Source: Phoronis australis (Eukaryota; Animalia; Phoronida). From it: a stretch of 64,000 nucleotides of DNA. Positions 54,001 to 64,000 of this stretch are shown here, in pieces. Position 1 is the stretch's first letter, and each line of letters opens with the position of its first letter. Where the stretch lies: the NCBI GenBank assembly GCA_002633005.1, contig NMRA01000035.1, positions 186,001 through 250,000 on the forward strand, read 5' to 3'. The position numbers and the translations under genes were made by a program. Below the pieces are notes generated by a model. It was not told the DNA's origin. It saw only the letters and a program-made list of their open reading frames with translations, and searched no databases.

Positions 54001-55703
54001 ATTTATTTCTTTTTTGGATATTTCCATGCAGCTTCTCTGGTGTCTTTTTCCTGCTTTTCCACTGTACATTCTGCAACCTGCAGTGTCCTTATGTTTTTTT
54101 TTTGAATTTTAAACAATTTTGCCCACCCCCAGAATATGAGATAAAAAACCTGCCACCTCCCTCTCATTTAATTTGCTTATGGTTCTGGTATTCCTGTTTT
54201 CCTGCTAAATACCACAAACGGAACGCAGAAACTAAAACAAAAATAATGAGCATTCTAGTTTCAAATCTGAAGACCAGCACTGAACACTAATAACTTCATA
54301 TTAGACAGACACACGAGTAACACCCGATTAGAAGTGTTTCGTTAAACACCTGGATATTTGACGATAAGGAGTACATTAGTACCTGGCTTAGGTATACTAA
54401 TAAAGCTTTAGAAAACAGCTGTTACACAATCGGCAATTAACCGTACTCCCCGACGAACCAGTTTCAACAAGGAACGTAAAGGACTTCCAAATTGCACCTA
54501 TTTTCTCACACAGCAACCTAACTTAGGACCAACAGACACATCCCCAAGTACCAAGAGGCCACTCAGATTTTGAAGTATTTCCCCACAATACTATGCATTT
54601 GAAGGGCACTTATCAAACTCCTGTTGTGTTTGTCACTATTTTACATGGTAATTAGTTTACCACCCGTTGTTCTAATGTTGATAAAATTTTACTGAAAAGT
54701 CCCTGATTGTCATTCTTTATTCACTCAACTCAGCTCAGAACAGTGTTGGATCCCTAACTTTTCGAAAACTAGGTCAGTCATTACGGTGCATTTTTCTATC
54801 TTTGCTGAGGAGAAAAAGTTGAATTCAAGATATGACTGTCAAATCCAATTCTACAGTAAATATTGGGTTAACCCTCAATTTCACGTAAGTGCCTCTACTT
54901 TCGAGAATTTTCAATTAAGAGCCTACTGCTCGGGTTAGTGTCTCCACACCTGCAATTTGATTTCCCGAATTGATTTTCAAAACAGTAAGGTTTGCTTTCA
55001 AATGAGAAACCGGATCAATTTTGCCCCGGACATCCTATCTAGTTAGAGTATTCTGTAGTACATTAAAAACCACCGTGTTGTTGAAATTGACATTTACCGA
55101 GACTTAGTCGGTCACAGACTCTCAACTTACGCTACAACGAAATAACCACTCATTTCTCGCAGTTTTAATGCCAAATCCTTCCCTTGATTACCACCCAAGG
55201 TGAGACGTGGCAGGATCATGTGACATTTTGTGACTGACCTATTTTTTCCATATATGGCGGATGGCGCACTTATTCATAATACCAAGAGAGCAAAACTCAA
55301 ATCGCCCGGTAATATTTTGAGTTTTTTTAATTCATTCAAAATTAATTATTGAAATCCAAGTTACAGGTTCTTTCATGTTTTCGGGGAACCAGATCAGTAG
55401 GGATTAACCACGACCACAGTGACTTTCTGTATGTTGTCTCAATTTAGATGTCATTTCCTGCATTCTTTTGAAAGCATTTTGTTCTCAGGACAATGTCGAG
55501 ATGCATTTAAATCTAATTGTTAATGAAAGTTTCATTGAGCTCATTTCCCGCGTTTTAGCTATTCTGCTATTCTGCGATAAAGACTTTGCTTAGTTATAAC
55601 ACAGGAAGCGTGAATATGATGTCTTCCTTTTCAGGTTATACAATGAGCAACCAGAACACTGACCCAGCACTAGAACAGTGGTTCCGCTGGAATTCTGGTT
55701 GAT

Positions 55704-55976
55704 TAACGAAAACTCGCGGGTCAACGCCCATGCCTGTGTAATCGCCCATCCCCGACTTTCGGCCAATTTTTAGTTTTAAGCGCCCACTGCTTGAGTAATC
55801 GCCCATCCCCTACTTTGTGCAAATTTTCCGTTAGCGTCCACCTCTTGGGTAATTGTCCACCCTCGACTTTTGGTCAATTGTTCATTTTAAGCACCCACTG
55901 CTTGGGTAATCGCCCACCACCCAGCCAAATTTTCCCAATTTAAGCGCCCAGGGTGTTAACCCGCGAGTTTACAGTA
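55704..55976. mobile_element. pogo-like MITE with internal ~55-bp tandem repeats
   Basis: TIRs AAACTCGCGGGTCAACGCCC / GGGTGTTAACCCGCGAGTTT-ACAGTA. About four internal units of GTAATCGCCCA...TTAAGCGCCCA. Confidence 0.8.
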
Positions 55977-58334
55977 ATATTCAGTCTCTGAAGAAATTCG
56001 CCTGGTATCTAAGTCACTTTCTCCCAACGATGCATGACCTATGTCACATGGAACACATGTAGTGTATTTCTACTTTTACAGCATCTTACTCGCAATTTCA
56101 AGTCCACGGGAGTTACTATGAGGCTTTTTGTTTCGTGCAAAACTAGTTATTGAATACGTAACCAACATTAGACACGAAATGTTTTGCTATTGAAATTTGC
56201 ACAGCATCATTCTCGTTAATTTGAACAGCTAGAACAAATGGAAGGCATTTGCACTTAGATTTAGCTTGTTAGGATCTTCAAAGACTTTGATGACATTTAT
56301 ATGGCAGGTCAGTCCTAAAATTTTGGCGGGTATTTTTTCACCATGTATTTTTCAATATTTCAAATTGCGCACTAAGCAACTCAAATACAGGTGTCAGTTA
56401 GAGAGTGCCAATTTAACTTTCACATCAGCAAACCAGCCTTACGGTTACCGTCAAATCCTTTTGAACTTCAGGTCTGTGTACCTCAATTTCAAAGGTCATG
56501 GTTGACCATGGTGACTCTGGCTAAGCTGTTCACTGTTTAGATACACAAATGCTCAAAATTTGCAAAATAGTTTTGATCAATGTAATTGCTCAAATATTAC
56601 ATTGGTCCCAAGGACTGGCAGAGCTAGACTGCCCAAAAAAGTCTGGTAAAACATCCAGTATGTACCGAGAAACGGAAACACAGCTAGAGGGTGCAGAGCA
56701 TACCAGAGCAGTGCAAAAATGTGAAGATGTTTTCTTTTTATAGAATATTTTCATAAAGTTCATCTAAGGGACTTTGTGGTTACAGAATTAGACGCAAAAA
56801 GGTAAAATTGCCACAAAGATGCACAATAAATGTCCAATAGTCAATGTAAGCCGCACTCTCACTAACAGTTCCATGACGATCCTTAAGAGCACTTGGTAGA
56901 TTTTGAGGCAGGCGGAAAAAACGGCACTAGAGGCATAAAGATATTCGTATCTATCCCAAAATCAAGGTCAACTATTCTCTTTTCAATAACATATAACATA
57001 TCACAAATGTCAGGACAATTCTTCAAAACCAATTGGCAGATAAAGAGGTGGACGTAATAAACAGACCTAAAAATACTGTAAGTGCCACCAGGGGCGCACA
57101 CGGGAGTCCTCTCTAAAAACCGTCTAGTGATATATCCCTTACTACGAACATATCTGCCATGTTTTGTAAAATGCATCAAAGGATTTGGCAGAAATATAAG
57201 CAAACGCAAAATTAAAAAATTGTCAAAGGTGGCATGGGACCAGCCACAATTGTCCACAACACATAGACATCTATTGCCACATGCATAGAAACACAATTGC
57301 CAAATTTCCCAAAGATCCTACAAGAGCATTAGGAGACACAGCTGTGGCCACTGGACAGACGTGAGACTGACAAATGATGCATGCTGGACAGTAATCATAC
57401 ATAAAGTAATACATGAGCACATAAAATTGTAGCCACGCCCTCATAAAAAACGCTTTTATGACCTTCTTAGCTACACCAGACATATGACCAAACAATATTT
57501 GTTAAAAAATAAAGATAACAATAGCTGCAAAACAGAAATTTATTACCAAGGGTCGGAAACTTCAATACCAAGTCTACTTTCATGTAGAAGTGCCAGCTTA
57601 CCTGGGTCATACTACGCATTGCCGCAGCTTGCAATGATCACCAATGCACAAAACTGAAGATGACGTCTTTAAATAGTCATACAAATCTTAATCAATACGG
57701 CAAGCTTTTAAAACATTGCCTGGCAGCCGGAGAAGATTATTAGCTCTGATCACAGTTATGATATCGGAAACACATCCTTCCCTTTTCCAACCGAGTCCCA
57801 TGTCATTGGCATTTGCCTCACAATTACTACTTCTGCAGCCTTGCAGATATGACTGCTGGTTCAGGGGCCACATTATTGATCAGTACCACAGTGCTGTGAA
57901 TAAGGAGGGAATTTTTATCCCATATTTGACCAAAAGTACTCATTTGGAAGATATCTTTTAATGAGCTAGTTTCTTGAACTCCTTTGACTTAAGTTGCTAA
58001 TTACAGCTTGATTAAGCCGATGACGACAAAGTCGGCGATGCATATTCAAACTGTTCCCAAGAGTCAACTAGGGGACAACTGGAGGTTTTTGCAAGACAAT
58101 AATTAGGCCAAACAAAACAGCATAATGGGCTCTGGTCAATGTCCATTTCATTCTGAAACCAAAGACTGCTCACACCATCATCCTTAAAGTTATCATTATT
58201 TTTTCAAAAACTACAGTAAGATATCTAAGGTTGGCATCAATCACCGCTTCCTTAACCGTAGTTGATTACCAACAAGTTTCGAAAGGTTATTTGAGAAATT
58301 TTGGCTGATGATAGTCATCAACCAACATCCAGAG

Positions 58335-58495
58335 GAGTGAAACGAATATGTTGACTGGGAGGTTTCTAGGTGTGCGAAATGAACACTTTGACTGGAAGGT
58401 GTCTTGAGGTGTGAAACAGAACTAGATCCCGAAGGTGTCCGAGGGTGCGAAAGGAACGTTTCGCCTGCGGGGTGTCTACCGGTGTGAAACGGGTA
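58335..58495. repeat. Degenerate ~36-bp minisatellite
   Basis: About five units anchored on GTG(T/C)GAAA and GGTGTC. Confidence 0.55.
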
Positions 58496-61400
58496 TTCTA
58501 ATTCAAACTAGGTTCCACGGGAGTCCAATGAATATTCCAAATGGACAGTTCCAGCCAAATCCATAGTCAAACTGATGTCATTTATAATCCTAACACAAGA
58601 TTAATTTTTGTCTGAAGCTTTAACCTTAAATATCATGGGCTACATACATAACACAGTAGGCGTCAATGAATTTCCTGTGAGACTTCTGTACCTATAAGGC
58701 GTGTTCATAGTCATGGGAGCAGAACTCAATAGTTATTGAATTTTCATTTCAAAAAGGCCCTATTTCAGTTCTCAAATGAGACTTGCAGCTTGTCTTGTCA
58801 AGTGTCACACCAGGCTCACATAAGAATAAGAAGTCAAACATCCTTAGCAGATTTATATAACTACCCTAATGGGTTGCCTAATGGTGTCAGTGCAATTAAG
58901 TGAATCATTAACCAATGAAATATTCTCTCGCCTAAAGTGGTGCAGGATATTAAGCAATTGGTCAGCAAAACTGAAAACGCGGACAGTTTGTACAGAGCCT
59001 TTAATAGATTTTTAACTTATTGAAGGACATTTAACTTTGATGATTCAACCATGATTGTAGTAACCAAGAGAGCATCTATGCATGGGCATTAGAACATAAC
59101 AATTAAACAAACCTATTGCTCTGGCATTAGCCAAGTTGAGGAATGGTTAACAATTCAACATGCTAATGAAAGTGCTTTGAGGAGCGACTTTTGGTGAACT
59201 CAAATAAAGATTTAAAGAAGAGGTCGACAACGAAACCAAGAACATCAACAACCATAAACCTGTCATGACTAACACCAAAGTATTAAATAGCCCACGAGGA
59301 GATCCATTTACATACTACATTTGAAAAGGCTCGGTAAAAGGCTCAGTAAAAGGATCGTGGAGCTAGAACTACGCAAACATAATTAAAAAATAGTCGTCAC
59401 AGCGACATCTTGCAGAGACATCTTGTGTCTGATTTTGCCCTAGAACAAACATCCTAGGGCTATTGACTATATAAACACGCAACATGAGATCGAACACAAT
59501 GATAAAAGAACAGTATGAGCAGTAAATCTCGAACATCACGAGAAAATTAAGTCATAGAAAGAAACGAGATTCACATGGGTGATAACAAATTCCAGACAGA
59601 TCTGTCAAGGGACGCTGACGATACGTTAAAAAATCAATTAACTGGAGACCATGATACCACTTGACATGATCTATCCAAAAAAAATCAGAAAAATCTCACC
59701 ACAAACAGCGGAGCAAACCAAAAAAGGGAAAAATGGCCGCCACAGCACCAGTTTGTGTCTGGTTTTAACCAAGAACAAAATTCCTCAAGCCATTTACATG
59801 TGTGTAAACTTCATGTTGGAACGATAAGAATTGCAATCTGTAGCATGCAAGTAAAGAAACAAAAAAATATGAGAAAGCAACAGATTTTGACAAATTATTT
59901 CACCGAGTAAAAACATTTTCGAAAATACTGCCATTCTAAGCTGTTGACTGCATGTTAGCGTAAAGTGCCATTTCTCGGCTGTTTGGCCGTCATTGTTGAA
60001 TTCTTAACCAAAGCACCTTCAGGTTTAAAACCATCAGCATACTTCTAAGATGCTATACTTGTGAAGCAGGAGTAACTCAAGTCATAGGCAAAAGCGTACA
60101 TGTGCCATTTTTCGAATTGGCAATTTTACAGTTAGTCAGTCTCAATAAACTCTGACGCAAAAAGGAATACTACGAGTCTGATTTTATCAGCTTTTACTTA
60201 AAAGTGACTTAGGTCATGTTTCACTTTTTGTACCAAATTACCTAGGAAATATAATTTGAAATGGTAAATTAGACCGTCATTAGAATATTTTCCATTTCCC
60301 TTTGCCCTGCCCTCGTTCACCTGAGTTGGGGAGACAGCAAAAAAAATTTCTACTTTCATTGGCAGGGTATGCTCTTTTATGGCAATCTTTACCATAAATT
60401 TACAATTGAAAAAAATCCTTTGATATATTGCAAGTAAAACGTTAAGTGGAGCCCTACATATTTTACCATTGGTGAGACAAGTGGAAATAAACTTTCATTT
60501 TNACGGAACTAGATCCCGAAGGTGTCCTAGGGTGTGAAAGGAACGTTTCGCCAGCGGGGTGTCTACCGGTGTGAAACGGGTATTCTATTTCAAAGGTTCC
60601 ACGGGAGTCCAATGAATATTCCAAATGGACAGTTCCAGCCAAATCCATAGTCATCATTTATAATCCTAACATAAGATTAATTTTTGTCTGAAGCTTTAAT
60701 CTTAAATATCATGGGCTACATACATAACACAGTAGGCGTCAATGAATTTCCTGCGAGACTTCTGTACCTATAAGGCGTGTTCATAGTGATGGCAGCAGAA
60801 CTCAATAGATAGTTATTGAATTTTCATTTCAAAAAGGTCCTATTTCAGTTCTCAAATGAGACTTGAAGCTTGTCCTGTCAAGTGTCACACCAGGCTCACA
60901 TAAGAATAAGAAGTCAAACATCCTTACCAGATTTATATAACTACCCTAATGGGTTGCTTAATGGTGTCAGTGCAATTAAGTGAATCATTAACCAATGAAA
61001 TATTCTCTCGCCTAAAGTGGTGCAGGATATTAAGCAATTGGTCAGCAAAACTGAAAACCCGGACATTTTGTACAGTGCCTTGAATAGATTTTTAACTTAT
61101 TGAAGGACTTTGATGATTCAACCATGATTGTAGTAACCAAGAGAGCAAGGCATTAGAACATAACAATTAAACAAACCTATTGCTCTGGCATTAGCCAAGT
61201 TGAGGAATGGTTAACAATTCAACATGCTAATGAAAGTGCTTTGATGAGCGACTTTTGGTGAACTCAATGAAGATTTAAAGGTGAGGTCGACAACAAAACC
61301 AAGAACATCGACAACCATAAACCTGTCATGTATTATACCAAAGTATTAAATAGCCCATGAGGAGATCCATTTACATACTACATTTGAAAAGGCTCGGTAA

Positions 61401-62554
61401 AAGGCTCGGTAAAAGGATCGTGGAGCTAGAACTACGCAAACACAATTAAAAAATAGCTGTCACAGCGACATCTTGTGTCTGATTTTGCCCTAGAACAAAC
61501 ATCCTAGGGCTATTGACTATATAAACACCAACATGAGATCGAACACAATGATAAAAGAACAGTCATGTGAGCAGAAAATCTCGAGCATCACGAGAAAATT
61601 AAGTCATAGAAAGAAACGAGATTCACATGGGTGATAACAAATTCCAGACAGATCTGTCAAGGGACGCTGACGATACGTTAAAAAATCAATTAACTGGAGA
61701 CCATGATACCACTTGACATGATCTATCCAAAAAAAACCCAGAAAAATCTCACCACAAACAGCGGAGCAAACCAAAAAAGGGAAAAATGGCCGCCACAGCA
61801 CCAGTTTGTGTCTGGTTTTAACCAAGAACAAAATTCCTCAAGCCATTTACATGTGTGTAAACTTCATGTTGGAACGATAAGAATTGCAATCTGTAGCATG
61901 CAAGTAAAGAAACAAAAAAATATGAGAAAGCAACAGATTTTGACAAATTATTTCACCGAGTAAAAACATTTTCGAAAATACTGCCATTCTAAGCTGTTGA
62001 CTGCATGTTAGCGTAAAGTGCCATTTCTCGGCTGTTTGGCCGTCATTGTTGAATTCTTAACCAAAGCACCTTCAGGTTTAAAACCATCAGCATACTTCTA
62101 AGATGCTATACTTGTGAAGCAGGAGTAACTCAAGTCATAGGCAAAAGCGTACATGTGCCATTTTTCGAATTGGCAATTTTACAGTTAGTCAGTCTCAATA
62201 AACTCTGACGCAAAAAGGAATACTACGAGTCTGATTTTATCAGCTTTTACTTAAAAGTGACTTAGGTCATGTTTCACTTTTTGTACCAAATTACCTAGGA
62301 AATATAATTTGAAATGGTAAATTAGACCGTCATTAGAATATTTTCCATTTCCCTTTGCCCTGCCCTCGTTCACCTGAGTTGGGGAGACAGCAAAAAAAAT
62401 TTCTACTTTCATTGGCAGGGTATGCTCTTTTATGGCAATCTTTACCATAAATTTACAATTGAAAAAAATCCTTTGATATATTGCAAGTAAAACGTTAAGT
62501 GGAGCCCTACATATTTTACCATTGGTGAGACAAGTGGAAATAAACTTTCATTTT
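58416..62554. repeat. Tandem ~2.1-kb duplication (58416-60501 / 60503-62554), probable haplotype artefact
   Basis: Single N at 60502 between the copies. The identical ORFs 60198-60395 and 62251-62448 arise from this duplication. Confidence 0.9.
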
Positions 62555-64000
62555 CTACCTCATCACATGAAGAAGAAGGTATCACACAGCTGGCAGGTAT
62601 CTGTTTACTCTCCAAACAACGAAACCACTGCTCCTCACAACGTATCCAAATAAAAAGCAAAATTTCCCTCCTTAACCTTTAGCCCGATACAAGGCACCAA
62701 GCATGCTTCACAAGGTGTGTGAAAACATTCCTCTTAACCAACAAACCATGTGATCAAAACAGGCAGACAGTGTTAGGCGGCTGCTAGAGCTATTTCTAAC
62801 AGGTACACTGCATTAAATACACCGTGGGTCCGTTTCATGGTAGTGACTGAAGACAGAAATTTGGCCTTACGCTTCCAATCCACAGTTGCCGAATAAAGGT
62901 TTTGCCAAGAAATTATGAGCGCGTCTAGACAGAAATAGTTGTGTAGACCATAATAAGACCAAATCCCTGTCTCAAGTCTAAGCCACACTAAAAGTCTTTC
63001 ATTTCAGATAAAAATCTTTCACGATAGCATACAAAGTGCCTAATTTTCATTACTCTGAAATTCTCAGCAAAAACACATCGTGCCCGTAAATGGTTAAAAC
63101 TTTAAAAACCTTAACTCACCAAGATATATTTTGCAGAACCGTAACTTTTGAAACTTGAAGCATTAAGTTAAAAAATTTGGACAACCTTTCCACAAACTGT
63201 TAAAACAATCTTATTTAAAACAAATAGTTGCAAATAATTCTATGCCTCTGGTTTCAAAGCGCCTCCGTTTTGAATTTTGTGTAGAATGCCTGAGCCACAT
63301 TATGTTACCCTATACCAGTCCTCTAGGCTTGCACTCCACAGGACAGCTATTAGACTAGTACCTTACAGAGACCAGCCAACTCTGATATGTACCAAAAACA
63401 CATGGGTCTCCTGACACAATTAATGGTAAATTAGTAAAAAGTAAAAACGTCAAATCCCACTGGACAAGCTTTCTACTTTCAAAACATACGGACATACGTT
63501 TAGAGTTAAAATCAATAGTTTTGTACCGTTATTTGACTCAATACGCCAACTTGTCAATACGGGCTCACAGTGTAGAACAGCTAATTGTTTGAATCGATCT
63601 CATTGACATCTGGATGAACCTCAGTTGATGGGTTAGTTATCTAGGAATGCACGAAAAGACTGGAATCCAGGGCTATACAGCTGTGTGTAATCGCTCATGG
63701 CAATGGGGACTGTGTGCCTCATGAAGATCATGTCAAACAGAATAGTTGATGTAAAAAGCTTACAGGGGACTTTGGAAAATATTCGAATGTGCCTGCGGGA
63801 CTTTACAACAGTAACTACGACGGGTTTAGCCTACTAGTAACTGCATGTGTTGGAACTTATCCTCAGTCTGTCACAGCGTCACCTATATGAAAAAGTGGCC
63901 CTGTGGATTGATGATGAGCGGTACGCAAAAATCCGTGTGGGCATCAGTGCGCATGACTTGGTTAGCATGTTTGTCGTGTATATATATCTATAGGAACAAA

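Noticed and set aside
55738-55950. CRISPR-like regularly spaced repeats
   Set aside because: Eukaryotic intron context, the spacers resemble each other, the array lies inside TIRs, and there are no cas genes.
62560-62660. Open frame ending at GAG|GTAGAA
   Set aside because: No in-frame ATG after the upstream stop, no D/D similarity, and a weak donor.

Overview
Eukaryotic (animal, probably marine invertebrate) AT-rich genomic DNA, mostly intronic. The minus strand carries a type I cAMP-dependent protein kinase regulatory subunit gene (PRKAR1/Pka-R1). I traced eight GT-AG exons from the linker/pseudosubstrate exon (35139) to the stop (5561), giving 966 nt / 321 aa; most exon sizes match vertebrate PRKAR1A. 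I found no dimerization/docking (D/D) exon by eye in the 29 kb upstream. That region instead holds candidate phase-0 alternative first exons, the best encoding an MGNKLF... putative myristoylated N-terminus (46692-46823). The CNB-A domain has unusual changes at allosteric positions. Introns contain many MITEs (pogo-, Merlin- and Harbinger-like), a TIR element carrying a decayed HIRAN-like ORF, a THAP fragment, and tRNA-headed SINEs with a decayed hammerhead-like tail. Three tandem near-identical duplications, each joined at an N or an N gap, are most likely uncollapsed haplotypes. Nearly all other ORFs in the supplied track are spurious.
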